Assembly: GCA_040753435.1 (NCBI GenBank)
Contig: JBFMEN010000003.1
Location: forward strand, 10,916-74,915
Direction of reading: 5' to 3'
DNA length: 64,000 nt
From: Candidatus Omnitrophota bacterium
GTDB lineage: Bacteria > Omnitrophota > Gorgyraeia > Zapsychrales > JANLHA01
Shown: in pieces, positions 45,735 to 56,800 of the stretch
Position numbering within the stretch: the stretch's first letter is position 1
Layout of the letters: each line of letters opens with the position of its first letter
The notes under the pieces: generated by a model
What the model was told of the DNA's origin: nothing
What the model saw: only the letters and a program-made list of their open reading frames with translations
The model's database searches: none
Position numbers and translations under genes: made by a program

Positions 45735-47726
45735 ATGCCAAAAAAAACTGCACCTTTCTATTCCGATCTTTTAGTAAACGATCTCGACTGCGGATTTTTT
45801 CGTCATAATTTGGATGAAAAAAGGCTTCTCAATTTCGCGAATCAATCATTTTGTGAATTGCTGGGATATTCGCCCAAAGAGATGTCCCAGGTCTCGTTTT
45901 CCAATATTTTTAAAAACAAACGCATCTGTGAGAAACTCATCAATCAGGTGATTGGCGGCGAAAGCGTGAGACGAAAGAAAGTTGTTTTTAAGGCCAAGAA
46001 CGGGAATGAAATTCCCGCTGAATGCTGTCTGGCTGCGGTTTATGGGCGTGACGGCAACCCCAGATATATCGAAGGGTTGGCCAAGCCGATTATGCCATCC
46101 AGTATTCAAAAAGACCTTGCAGATTCAAAAGAACTCTTTAAAACTGTTTTTCACAACTCACCCGTCGCCATTATTGTTGCGGACAAAGACGAGCGGATTA
46201 TTGCATGGAACCCTTTTACCGAAAAGCTTTTGGGGTTTGGCAGGGGAGATCTTTTTAACCGTCCTGTCAGCGAGCTTTATCCGAAGAAGGAGTGGAAACG
46301 TATCCGGACCCTCAATATCCGCAAGCACAAATTGGTTTCCGATCTGGAAACCAGGATCACCAAAAAAGATCAAAGTGCCCTTGATATCCGGCTTTCACTT
46401 TCGGTTGTTCGTGATCAAAACGGAGAGGTGCTCGGCTCAATCGGTATCATGCACGATACTTCGATCCAGAAACGGACTGAGAAAATGTTGATGGAAGCCA
46501 AAAAGGCGGCGGAATCCGCGAGTGAGGCCAAGACCATGTTTTTGGCCAACATGTCGCACGAGGTCCGCACTCCGATGAATACAATCATGGGCATGGTCGA
46601 CTTGACCCTGGATACCGAGTTGACGCCGGAACAGCGCGACTATCTTCAGACCGTAAAAAATGCCGCTGATATTTTGCTGAGTTTGCTGAATGATATCCTG
46701 GATCTATCGCGGGTCGAGGCCGGGAAGATCCAGCTTGAAGATATTGAAATTAGTATCGACCGGACTATCCGCAGTGTTTGTAAAACAATGGATATTCTCG
46801 CAAAAAATAAAGGATTGTCGCTCCAGTGGTTGACTGATGAGAAGGTCCCCGACCTCGTTAAAGGCGATCCTGTGCGTCTGCGCCAGGTCCTGGTGAACCT
46901 GATCAATAATGCGATCAAATTTACTTCGAAGGGGAAAATAGAGGTTGAGGTTAAAGTGACCTCTATATCTGAAGAGAAGTGCCTCCTTTTATTTTCAGTG
47001 AAAGATGAAGGGATCGGGATCGAGAAAGATAAACAGGAAAAGATCTTTGAGGTCTTTACACAGGAAGATGTGTCGACGACAAGGCAGTTCGGTGGAACAG
47101 GGCTCGGTCTGGCTATTTGCAAGAAGCTGTTGGAGTTGATGGGAGGCAGCATATGGGTTGAGAGCGAGAAAGGCAGGGGGAGCAAGTTTTATTTTAATAT
47201 CCCGTTTCAGATCGTCCGGAAAGATGAAGTTCCCGAGGCGCTGCAGGAGGATAGTATTGAGTTGCAGTTGATGGAACAGATTTCCATAAAGAAGAGCCAC
47301 GAAGCTGTAGTTAAAAAAGAGAACATCCATATTTTGCTTGCAGAAGATAATATGGTTAACCAGCGGATGACACAGCGCATGCTTGAGAAGAAGGGCTGGC
47401 AGGTTACGGTTGCCAATCAGGGGCAGGAAGTTTTGGACCTGCTAATGAAGCAGTCGTTTGATTTGATTTTGATGGACGCGCAAATGCCGGTGATAGACGG
47501 GTGGGAAGCAACAAAACAAATTCGGGAAAGTGAAAAGACAACAGGGGGACATATACCGATTATTGCTTTGACGGCAAGAGTTATGGCTGGGGATCGCAAG
47601 AAATGTCTTGACGCGGGTATGGATGGGTATGTGTCGAAACCAATCGATCGTTCTCAATTATTTGAGGTGGTCGAATCGTTTTTCTTCATTGAGAAAGGTG
47701 GATCGGATGGACATGAAAGTCATTGA
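45735..47726 (+). CDS. PAS-PAS hybrid sensor histidine kinase with a C-terminal receiver domain
   Basis: Two PAS regions, HisKA (SHEVRTPMNTIMGM), HATPase_c (GTGLGLAICKKL) and REC (ILLAEDN..DLILMDAQMP). Confidence 0.85.
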   Translation: MPKKTAPFYSDLLVNDLDCGFFRHNLDEKRLLNFANQSFCELLGYSPKEMSQVSFSNIFKNKRICEKLINQVIGGESVRRKKVVFKAKNGNEIPAECCLAAVYGRDGNPRYIEGLAKPIMPSSIQKDLADSKELFKTVFHNSPVAIIVADKDERIIAWNPFTEKLLGFGRGDLFNRPVSELYPKKEWKRIRTLNIRKHKLVSDLETRITKKDQSALDIRLSLSVVRDQNGEVLGSIGIMHDTSIQKRTEKMLMEAKKAAESASEAKTMFLANMSHEVRTPMNTIMGMVDLTLDTELTPEQRDYLQTVKNAADILLSLLNDILDLSRVEAGKIQLEDIEISIDRTIRSVCKTMDILAKNKGLSLQWLTDEKVPDLVKGDPVRLRQVLVNLINNAIKFTSKGKIEVEVKVTSISEEKCLLLFSVKDEGIGIEKDKQEKIFEVFTQEDVSTTRQFGGTGLGLAICKKLLELMGGSIWVESEKGRGSKFYFNIPFQIVRKDEVPEALQEDSIELQLMEQISIKKSHEAVVKKENIHILLAEDNMVNQRMTQRMLEKKGWQVTVANQGQEVLDLLMKQSFDLILMDAQMPVIDGWEATKQIRESEKTTGGHIPIIALTARVMAGDRKKCLDAGMDGYVSKPIDRSQLFEVVESFFFIEKGGSDGHESH

Positions 47727-48063
47727 TATGAAAGAAGCTCTGGACAGGGTGCAGGATGACCGCGAATTGTTATTTGAACTGTTTGATATTTTTCAGGACG
47801 ATTTTAAGGTAAAGCGTAAGGAGATCCAAAAGGCGCTGGATCAAGGGGATTGCGAAACGGTTCGCAATCTTGCCCATTCCTTAAAGGGCGCCGCAGGGAA
47901 TATTTCCGCCAAAAGACTCCAGGCACTTTTTCTGTTTGTTGAAGAAAAGTCTGCCGCAGGCACTCTTTCCGAGATAGGAGGAAGGTTGACAGAGTTAGAC
48001 AGGGAATTTGAAGAATATAAAGTAGAGGCCCAAAAGCTGAGAAGTGAACGGGGTCTTCTGTAA
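47707..48063 (+). CDS. Hpt (histidine phosphotransfer) domain protein
   Basis: AHSLKGAAGNISA phospho-His motif. It overlaps the HK stop. The start was trimmed from 47608. Confidence 0.7.
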   Translation: MDMKVIDMKEALDRVQDDRELLFELFDIFQDDFKVKRKEIQKALDQGDCETVRNLAHSLKGAAGNISAKRLQALFLFVEEKSAAGTLSEIGGRLTELDREFEEYKVEAQKLRSERGLL

Positions 48064-48078
48064 ACGGATTCGCAAAGA

Positions 48079-49101
48079 ATGAGAAACTTTGTTTTCACAA
48101 TTGTGGTAATTTCCGGCTTGCTTCTTGGAATAGTGCTCGTATTGTTGAATACGACGATTCTAGTCAACGCTTTGCTGCCTGAAATTATTAATGAGCACGT
48201 GAAAGCATTTTCCATTGAGGAGTTCAGGTGCGGGAGCCAGACCAGCCGCTTGCCGGATTTGTTGTTCCTGTACAATGTGAAGTTCAAAGTCAGGAAAGGC
48301 GACCGGCTTGTCGACGTCAGTGTGAAGGAAATCGCTATCCACGAGTTCATGGATTTCGTTAAGCATTTTGAAACGCTGGGGATGTCCGCCAAGGGAATTA
48401 ACGTTGAGACAAAAGGATTTTCAGCGAAAAACGGTCAGTTGCAGGTCGTCATCGGATTGAAAGACCGTGTGGCCAGATATGCGGAAGGAGCAGGTTATAT
48501 CAAGAATTTCGAGGCCGGCGCATATTCATTTAATAAAGTGGTAGGGCATTTCAAGATTAATCCTGTTAAAGTTGAAGTCTTTAACGTTGAAGGCAAGATG
48601 TATGATGGCGATTTTACAGGACAGTTAACGCTTGATTATAAACCGCATTTCAATTTCGCTCTCTGGTCGGAGTTTAAAGGGATCCAGACGGCTTCAGTCC
48701 AAAAGATACATCCCGGGTTTTTTAAAACCATCAGGGGTTCCCTTGACGGATCCCTTCGTGTGGTTGGAGGGGAAGAGGTCGATATTTTTACCGTTATCTT
48801 TTTGGCCAGGAAAGGCTTGGCGATTACGCCGCATGTTTTTCTTTCGATGCGGGGCGCTTTTGATGAAGAGGAGGAGGCTGAACTCAAACGTCTCGCCGAG
48901 AATAATGCTGCCCTGACCGTCGAAAAGGGGGTTCTTCATATTCAGAACAGCCGCGATGAGAACGTGATGATGATTTTCGACATCGAGGAGGAAATCAATC
49001 ATTTTCTGCTAAAAGGGCGCTTCCCTTTGAAATGGGAAAAAGGGTTTAAGGAATTTTTGTTTCCCGTCATCGAAGACCAGGAGCCTGCCGGTGCCAGTTA
49101 A
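48079..49101 (+). CDS. Hypothetical N-terminally membrane-anchored beta-rich protein (AsmA-like?)
   Basis: 340 aa with an N-terminal TM segment and no catalytic motif. Confidence 0.45.
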   Translation: MRNFVFTIVVISGLLLGIVLVLLNTTILVNALLPEIINEHVKAFSIEEFRCGSQTSRLPDLLFLYNVKFKVRKGDRLVDVSVKEIAIHEFMDFVKHFETLGMSAKGINVETKGFSAKNGQLQVVIGLKDRVARYAEGAGYIKNFEAGAYSFNKVVGHFKINPVKVEVFNVEGKMYDGDFTGQLTLDYKPHFNFALWSEFKGIQTASVQKIHPGFFKTIRGSLDGSLRVVGGEEVDIFTVIFLARKGLAITPHVFLSMRGAFDEEEEAELKRLAENNAALTVEKGVLHIQNSRDENVMMIFDIEEEINHFLLKGRFPLKWEKGFKEFLFPVIEDQEPAGAS

Positions 49102-49777
49102 TATTGAGTTATGGATCGTTGTTGGTTTTCTTTTCGGTTTATTTGTTCTCGGGCTGGTTTTTTTAATGTCTCTGGAGCGAAAAAAGGCCCGTTCTCCGCG
49201 CCGAGTCAAACCATTGAAGGAAAAAGAACAGAAAGACTGGAGGGATGCGGCGCTGCGTTTGGAAAAACATGTTATTGAACTTCGCAAAGAAAGTGCCGAT
49301 TGGCATAAACAGGTCAAAGGCCTGCAGAAGGATTTGGAGATTTACCAGAAAAAATATGAAGATCTCTCAATCAAGCTCGATCGGGAAAAGACCTGGGAAC
49401 AGAAAGAATCCGCAGAACGGGAGAAAAAGAACCTGAGGATAAGAGAGCTGGAAAACGAAGTCAAGCGCGCGGAATCCCAGCTGGAAAAAGAGCATATGGA
49501 GTTCGTCTTGATCAGGCGGCAGAATGACGATTTCAGACAGGAGACCGAGAGGCAGACGGAGATGATCCGGCAGTTGAACGGTGATCTGGAGAAGGCCAAG
49601 GCCCAGACGGATGTTTACCGGAAAGAGATCCTGGAACTGCGGGCGGAAAATAAAAAGTTGTCCAAGCGCCACGATGACGTTCAGTGGATCGCTAAAAGCG
49701 TCCATATGCAAGTGAAAGATGAGCTCCGGCGGAAAACAGAGGAGCTTGAAAAGCTCCGGTCAAATAACAGCAACTAA
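49091..49777 (+). CDS. Membrane-anchored coiled-coil protein (hypothetical)
   Basis: N-terminal TM segment followed by about 190 aa of K/E-rich heptad repeats. Confidence 0.5.
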   Translation: MPVNIELWIVVGFLFGLFVLGLVFLMSLERKKARSPRRVKPLKEKEQKDWRDAALRLEKHVIELRKESADWHKQVKGLQKDLEIYQKKYEDLSIKLDREKTWEQKESAEREKKNLRIRELENEVKRAESQLEKEHMEFVLIRRQNDDFRQETERQTEMIRQLNGDLEKAKAQTDVYRKEILELRAENKKLSKRHDDVQWIAKSVHMQVKDELRRKTEELEKLRSNNSN

Positions 49778-49812
49778 ATTCGAAATACGAATATCGAAAT
49801 CCGAAGGAAGGA

Positions 49813-51021
49813 TTGCGTGCTTGGCATTTCGGACTTTTAATCCATGCAATGATTCATTTTTCCAAACGTACTGACTGGGATCTCAGTCAGAATGAATTAA
49901 CAAATATTCAGAACGCTCATAAATCCTCCGGAAGGAGGATTTATGATCTTACGGTTTCCAATCCGACCGTTTGCGGAATCGATTTTCCTCAGGCAAAAAT
50001 CGATCAGGCATTTCATCATCAGGAAAATTCAGTCTATCATCCTCATCCCCGGGGGCTTGCAGTTGCCCGGGATGCCGTTCGGGAATATTACGCTCAAAAG
50101 GGAGTCAAACTTTCTGCCGATCAGATCTTTTTGACCTCCAGCACGTCGGAAGCCTATAGTTTTCTGTTCCGTCTTCTTGCAGATCCTTACGATGGTGTTA
50201 TTTTTCCGAAACCCAGTTATCCTTTGTTTGAATTTCTTTCTGATCTCCATGATTTGAACTGGGCGACGTATCAACTTGTTTATGAAAACGGCTGGCGTCT
50301 TGACGAGGTTCTTTTCAGATCGGCGATGGAAAACAATCCGAAGGCGATTGTCCTGGTCAATCCCAATAATCCAACCGGTTCCTGCCTGAATAAGGGCGAG
50401 CTGGATCTGATTTATTCCGCGGCTGCTCTAAGCGACGCGCCGATCATTTGCGATGAAGTGTTTTTGGACTACAGTTTTGATGAAACCAAGGAAATCCGGA
50501 CATTGGCCGGGCGGAAAGATCACCTGACTTTTGTTCTGGGAGGCGTTTCGAAAGCCCTCGCCTTACCCCAGATGAAGTGTTCATGGATCGCTGTGTCAGG
50601 TCCGCAGAAGGATGTCAGCGATGCGCTTTCCCGTTTAGAAGTGATTGCCGATACGTATCTTTCCGTTAACACACCGGTCCAGAATGCCTTACCGGTGCTC
50701 ATGAATCTTCAGCCAGAAATCCGGTCAAAAATCATGGAACGGGTATCTTTGAACAGAAATTTTCTGTCTGAAGCCGTGAAGAGTTTTAAAGGAGATTCTG
50801 AGTTGCTGAGGGCCGATGGTGGATGGACCGCAGTCTTGCGCTCTTCAGGAGCCGATGAAGAGCAGCTTGTGGTGCGTTTGTTAAGAGAGAAGGACGTTCT
50901 TGTTCACCCGGGATACTTTTTTAATTTTCAGGAAAGCGGGTTCTTTGTGATCAGTCTCCTTCTTCAGGAAGAAATTTTTCAGGAAGGGATCCGGCGGCTT
51001 TTAACCATGCTTCGCAGATGA
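49813..51021 (+). CDS. PLP-dependent aminotransferase class I/II
   Basis: YDLTVSNPT substrate loop and SKALALPQMKCSW (Lys-PLP region). The start is uncertain: the ORF-track start is TTG, and an internal ATG lies at about 49849. Confidence 0.75.
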   Translation: MRAWHFGLLIHAMIHFSKRTDWDLSQNELTNIQNAHKSSGRRIYDLTVSNPTVCGIDFPQAKIDQAFHHQENSVYHPHPRGLAVARDAVREYYAQKGVKLSADQIFLTSSTSEAYSFLFRLLADPYDGVIFPKPSYPLFEFLSDLHDLNWATYQLVYENGWRLDEVLFRSAMENNPKAIVLVNPNNPTGSCLNKGELDLIYSAAALSDAPIICDEVFLDYSFDETKEIRTLAGRKDHLTFVLGGVSKALALPQMKCSWIAVSGPQKDVSDALSRLEVIADTYLSVNTPVQNALPVLMNLQPEIRSKIMERVSLNRNFLSEAVKSFKGDSELLRADGGWTAVLRSSGADEEQLVVRLLREKDVLVHPGYFFNFQESGFFVISLLLQEEIFQEGIRRLLTMLRR

Positions 51022-52925
51022 ATACCACTGATCTGAAAAAATTGTTGGACAATGTCTGGGTCAGGGGAGCTTTCCTTGCGCTCGTCGTGCTCTTGTGTTA
51101 TTCCCAGGCAATGAAGGCGGGTTACATCTGGGACGATGATTACCTGGTGACCCGGAATCCGTATTTAAAGAGCGCGAACGGTTTAAAAGAGCTATGGTTT
51201 AACTTCCGGTCGCGCTCCCAGTATTATCCTGTGGTGTTCAGCGTCTTCTGGGTTTTTTATCACTTGTGGGAACTGGATCCGTTCGGATATCATTTAGCGA
51301 ATATCATTCTCCACATCGGGAACGCCCTTCTCATTTGGGCGATTTTCAAGAAACTGGATATCCCCTGGGCATACTGGATTGGCTTTGTTTTTGCCGTCCA
51401 TCCCGTTCACGTCGAATCCGTCGCGTGGGTCTCGGAGTTGAAAAATACCCTTTCAGCATTTTTCTTCTTGCTGACGGTCCTTGTTTACCTTGGGATTTAT
51501 CTCCCCGACTGGAAGAGATGCTCTCGTCCGTTTATTTATGCTTCTGCCCTTGGCCTGCATTTACTGGCCTTATTCAGTAAAACCGTCACGTGCGTTTTCC
51601 CCGTCATTATGCTCATCGTTTTATGGTGGAAGAAAAAAAGCCTTCAATGGAAAGATGTGTTAATGCTGGTCCCGTTCTTTCTGCTGGGGTTAATGATGGG
51701 CCTCGTGACCGTTTGGATGGAGGTTCATCAGGTAGGAGCCGATGGAGCGGAATGGCAGCAAACGCCGGTAGAGAGGTTTTTGATTGCGGGGCGGGCGCTT
51801 TGGTTTTATCTGGCAAAACTTGCTCTTCCAGCGAATCTGATCTTTACATATACCCGCTGGCGGATTGATGCCGGCGCATTTTGGCAATATTTATATCCTG
51901 TTTCGTTCGGCCTGTTGATGCTGACACTCTTTATTAAATCTTCCAAATGGGGAAGAGGCTGGCTTGCGGGATTGTTATATTTCACGATGGCGCTGTTTCC
52001 GGCGTTAGGGTTCTTTGATTTATTTCCGATGCGTTTTTCCTATGTCGCCGATCATTTTCAATACCTGGCCAGCATCGGGCCAATCGCGCTCGCGATCTTT
52101 TTATGTTATTTGCTTTGGCGGAAAAATTTTTATGAAACCCGTCTTGCCCTGGGCGTTGTTTTTTCTGCCGTCGTTATTCTTTTCGGCTGGCTGACATTCA
52201 AACAGACGTTTATTTATAAAGACAAACTGACCCTGTTTAATGACGTCATTGAAAAAAATCCGGACAGCTGGATGGCGTACAATAACCGCGGAGACATTTA
52301 TTTTTCTCAGGGGCGGCTGGATCTGGCGGAAAATGACTTTGCCAAAGCCTTATCGCTATTTCCCAATAATTCCGATGCCTTGAATAACAACGCGCTGATT
52401 TTTTATTTTAAAGGCGAGTTTGAAAAGGCGTTCCATTTTTTCAGCCTGGCGATCAAGGCGCGTCCGGAATTTTATGAGGCGTACGGGAACAGGGGTATGG
52501 TGTATCGCCAGAATGGGGAATTCGAAAAGGCGCTGGACGATTTTAACCGGGCCCTGAAGATCAACCCGTATTATCAGGAGGGATATAACCGTCGCGCGAT
52601 CCTGTTTTCCATGATGGGCAATCACGACGCCGCTCTGAAAGATCTGAGCGCTGTTATAAAAATCGATCCGGCTTTTGTCGGCGCTTACGCGAACCGTGGT
52701 GTTATCTATTTAAAAAAAGAAGATTACCCGCGCGCATTGGAGGAGTTCAATCTTGCCCTGCGGGTTGACCCTTCGCTGGGGACGGCCTATCTGAATCGGG
52801 CCGCGGTTTGGAAACATTTGGGGCGGGTGGATTTGGCTCTGGCGGACCTTTTGAAGGCCCGGACGATGGGTCTCAATGTAGATCCACAGGAAATCAAAGA
52901 TCTTCAGGAAAAGGCACGACGGTAA
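51018..52925 (+). CDS. Membrane glycosyltransferase-like (DUF1736/PMT-type) N-terminal domain fused to TPR repeats
   Basis: A polytopic N-terminal half, then 6-7 TPR units (AYNNRGDIYFSQGRLDLAENDFAKAL...). Confidence 0.8.
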   Translation: MNTTDLKKLLDNVWVRGAFLALVVLLCYSQAMKAGYIWDDDYLVTRNPYLKSANGLKELWFNFRSRSQYYPVVFSVFWVFYHLWELDPFGYHLANIILHIGNALLIWAIFKKLDIPWAYWIGFVFAVHPVHVESVAWVSELKNTLSAFFFLLTVLVYLGIYLPDWKRCSRPFIYASALGLHLLALFSKTVTCVFPVIMLIVLWWKKKSLQWKDVLMLVPFFLLGLMMGLVTVWMEVHQVGADGAEWQQTPVERFLIAGRALWFYLAKLALPANLIFTYTRWRIDAGAFWQYLYPVSFGLLMLTLFIKSSKWGRGWLAGLLYFTMALFPALGFFDLFPMRFSYVADHFQYLASIGPIALAIFLCYLLWRKNFYETRLALGVVFSAVVILFGWLTFKQTFIYKDKLTLFNDVIEKNPDSWMAYNNRGDIYFSQGRLDLAENDFAKALSLFPNNSDALNNNALIFYFKGEFEKAFHFFSLAIKARPEFYEAYGNRGMVYRQNGEFEKALDDFNRALKINPYYQEGYNRRAILFSMMGNHDAALKDLSAVIKIDPAFVGAYANRGVIYLKKEDYPRALEEFNLALRVDPSLGTAYLNRAAVWKHLGRVDLALADLLKARTMGLNVDPQEIKDLQEKARR

Positions 52926-52930
52926 ACTCC

Positions 52931-53650
52931 ATGAACCTTGTTTTATTTGAGAAAAAGGATTTTGTTGATGATCGGCACGTGTTGCTTAAAGGACGCCAGT
53001 TTCTTCATGCCAGAGATATTCTTCATATCAAAACAAATGACGTGATCCGGGTCGGCGCGCTGGGAGGTCTTCTGGGCAAAGGCGCGGTTGTTGAATTGGG
53101 AAAGGATTCCCTGAAACTGAGAGTCAGTCTCGATGAGGAGCCCCCGCAAAAGTTGGGAATAATTCTGATCCTTTCTCTGCCGCGTCCGCTTGTTTTCCGA
53201 AGACTTTTATCCGCTGTCGCTGCCATGGGTGTCAGGCAAATTGTTTTTATCCAGAGCGTTCGTGTTGAAAAAAGTTACTGGAACAGCCCAGCCTTAAATG
53301 AAGAAAATGTCCGGCAGGCGTTGATTTCGGGATTGGAGCAAAGCAGGGACACGCTTTTACCCGATGTCAGTTTTGAAAAAAGATTTAAGCCCTTCATGGA
53401 TAAGCGTTTGCCTTTGCTTCGCGAGGGGAAGAAATGTTTCCTGGCTCATCCGGAGAAGGCGAAACCATGCCCATCGAATGTGAAGGGACAGATGGTTCTT
53501 GCGGTTGGTCCGGAAGGCGGATTTGTCCCATCTGAAGTTGAGGCCTTCGAGAAGGCCGCTTTTTTGTCTGTTCATCTCGGTCCGCGTATTCTGCGGGTTG
53601 AAACTGCCGTCCAGGCGCTGCTCGGCCGCACAATGTCTTTGACCCGGTAA
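52931..53650 (+). CDS. rsmE: 16S rRNA (uracil1498-N3)-methyltransferase RsmE
   Basis: PUA-like N-terminus, then the SPOUT C-terminus (VAVGPEGGFVPSEVEAF...LGPRILRVETA). The start was trimmed from 52808. Confidence 0.85.
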   Translation: MNLVLFEKKDFVDDRHVLLKGRQFLHARDILHIKTNDVIRVGALGGLLGKGAVVELGKDSLKLRVSLDEEPPQKLGIILILSLPRPLVFRRLLSAVAAMGVRQIVFIQSVRVEKSYWNSPALNEENVRQALISGLEQSRDTLLPDVSFEKRFKPFMDKRLPLLREGKKCFLAHPEKAKPCPSNVKGQMVLAVGPEGGFVPSEVEAFEKAAFLSVHLGPRILRVETAVQALLGRTMSLTR

Positions 53651-53680
53651 CATAATTTTCTGCTTTCGACCTCCCCAACC

Positions 53681-53710
53681 TTGATATTTTACTAATTTAT
53701 ATATTATATT
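53681..53710 (+). promoter_or_regulatory. Candidate sigma-70-like promoter in the AT-rich region upstream of the giant gene (TTGATA-N17/18-TATATT)
   Basis: ttgata at 53681, then a 17-18 nt spacer and ttatat/tatatt, in a 155-bp region of about 80% AT. Confidence 0.3.
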
Positions 53711-53805
53711 TGGTTATAAATTATAAAAGCCGAAAAGATTGAGATCAGGGCGAAAAATATATATAACTATTTTATTTATAACAAGATAAGTCGTTTTTCA
53801 TAAAA

Positions 53806-56800
53806 TTGAGAAAAATTAACTGTTTAAAATTTCATGCTGCGGGAAAGGCCCTGACCTGTTTTTTGGCTTTTTCCTTTGTGTTTAATCCTGTTATTGGGTA
53901 TGCCCAGATTGGATTAAACCCGTCATCTTCCCCAGTTCTTCCTGTTCCAGGAGCCATGGTTCCTTTGAGCGGCGCTTTTGACCCGGCCATCATCAATGGG
54001 ATAAAGATATTTCCCGATAATCCTTTTCGATTAGAGTTTCTTATTGGTTCAGGACAATCGGAATTGGAAGGGGATGACTTCAGGGAAGAGTCTAAAAAGC
54101 TTGTTCGGTATTTTTTGGCTTCATTGACTGTTCCCGACAAGGAACTCTGGGTCAACTTATCGCCCTATGAAAGAGATCGTATTATACCCGAAGCCTTTGG
54201 TATTACTGAAATGGGCCGGGATTTGCTGGCCCAGGATTATTTATTGAAACAGGTAACGGCTTCGCTGATGTATCCGGACGGGTCTCCAGGCAAAGAATTC
54301 TGGCTCCGGGTTTCCGCGAAGGCTTATGAACAATATGGGGTCACCGATGTTCCCGTTGACCTGTTTAACAGAGTATGGGTCTTGCCCGACAGGGCGGTTG
54401 TTTATGAGCAGGGAGATACTGCTTTTGTGATTGAGAGCCGTTTAAAGGTGATGCTGGATTCGGATTACGAAGCCATGCAGGGTTCCCAAGAGCCCAAGAG
54501 CCCAAGTTCCAAAGAAAAAGATTTTACATGGGCACATGGGCACATGGGCACATGGGAACTTGACTCCGGAGAGCTTTCGAAACAAATCGTTCGCGAGGTC
54601 ATCCTTCCCGAAATCGAACGAGAAGTCAACGAAGGAAAAAATTTCGCCCCGTTGCGCCAGATTTACAATTCAATGATACTCGCCACATGGTTTAAACGAA
54701 GTCTGCGGGAAGGTTTGTTGAACAAAATTTATGTCGGAAAGAACAAGATTGAAGGGGTTGATATTAGTGACAAACAGGCCAAAGAGAAGATCTACCAGCG
54801 GTACCTGGAGGCATTCCAGGAAGGGGTTTATAACCTGGTTAAAGAAGAGTATGATCCTGTTCTAAAAGAGATTGTTCCAAAGAGATACACATCCGGAGGA
54901 ATGGAATTCGGGTTGCGGCTGGATCAAACGGTCAAGAATGTCACCAGTCTGTCTTCAGCGCAGTCCAAAGATTTCGCAATGCTGGTTAAAGACAAGGGGA
55001 TCAGGAAGGTTTCCGTTGATCTGGAAAGGTCCGCAAAGACAATCCCTGCTCTAAGTTATGCTATTTATCAAGATGCGGAATATATCAACGGAAGGATTGA
55101 GGGGGGAAGATTATTTCGTCCGGGAGGGGCAAAAGATATTTTTGAATTACGCGTGCACTTGGACGAAACGCCTTTGGATTTCTCTGGGGTTGTTAAAATG
55201 ATCCTTCCGAAAGACGGAACGTTAACTATGTTCGGAAAGGGATATTGGCAGGGTTGGGAGGAATACCGCGGCGAGCCGGTAATTATTGTTATAAACAACA
55301 GAAACGTGGTTGAAGTTTATAATTCACAAAATCAAAAGATTTTCCCATTCGGAAAAAATATTATTTATCCCGGAGGAACGTACCGGAATGGAAAAGTCAA
55401 TGGAACTCCGTTTAACCCGCATGGAGCAAGGACAAAAGTTACGATTAAAGACTATATCGGTGAAAACCCGGAATTCACCGGTGTTATCCACAGAGTTCAG
55501 CTCAATAATCATGGCGGGTTGCCTTCCATGGAATATCTGGGGGTCAAATGGGCTAATATGAGCGGCTATGAAAACGCCTTTGTTACGATCGTAGTCGAAA
55601 AAGGCCGGGCTACGGCGATCTATGATGCGAGCGGGAAACAGATCTTCCCTTTCCCCCATAATTATGTCCATTTTGGGGCTCAATACAAAGACGGAAAAAT
55701 TACCGGCGGCGTTTTGGCAACCCCGCACGGGATTTCCAGCCGTTACGAATTGAACAAGTTGTTATCAGCCGCGAGAAAAAAAGATCCCGGCATGTCCTGT
55801 GTCGTCGAAAAGGTGCCGCTGAATGATAAAGGAGGGCTGACGTATTTCCTGGGGGTCGGCAAGTATTGGGCAGATAAGGCGGGATACGAAAAGGCCCTTG
55901 TTACGATTGTCGTTACTAACGGAGATGAGATTACGGTTTATGATGAGAGAGGAAAGAAGATTTTCGAAAGACTGCGGAAGGAAGAAAATTTCGTTTACTT
56001 AAATGCTCGATATGAGGAGGGGAAAATCGTCGGAGGCACGCTTCTCAATGAACGGGGAACTTTTGACCGGCGGGAGTTAAATAAAATCGTGGCGCCGCAT
56101 CCCGGGTTTACCGGGGTCATTGACAAGGTCCGCTTGTCGTTTAATGGCGGGTTGGTGAAATTTCTTGGAAAAAATGTTTGGATGGGGATGACGGAATATG
56201 CCTATCAGATGGTCACAGTTGTTATGGCCGATGGGGAAGTGACGGAAGTTTATGACAGGAGCAACGAGCCAATATATCCGTTTAAAGAGAATTTTATATA
56301 CAAAGGCGCCCGTTTGGAGAAAGGGAAAATTATCGGGGGAGAACTTGTCAATCCCCAGGGGTTTCTGGACAAAACGTTTATTGGGAAGTATCTGAATGAA
56401 CCGGAAAATGAGGATTTTACGGGAGTTATTGAGACAAGGCTGCTGTTTGATGGAGGACTTCCCGTGGGTTTAGAGGAACCCGGATGGTCGTTACAGACGG
56501 AATATAAGCATAAATTTGTTTTTATAGTGAAAGAAAAAGGGAAGACAGTCGGAATTTATGATGAGGAAGGAACTAGATTATTTCCTTATGACGCAAATTT
56601 TGTTTATTGGAACGCTGATTTTATTGATCGGGAGATTAAGGGAGGAAAGCTCCTGACCCCGGCAGGGGTGAGAACCCGTAAGAATTTAAATGAACTGCTT
56701 GCTGAATATCCGGATTTTACAGGGATTATTACGAAGCTGCCGTTTCACGATTCAGGACGGCTCGGTCAAGTGAAAGATGGAATCTATCTTGACTATGTTT

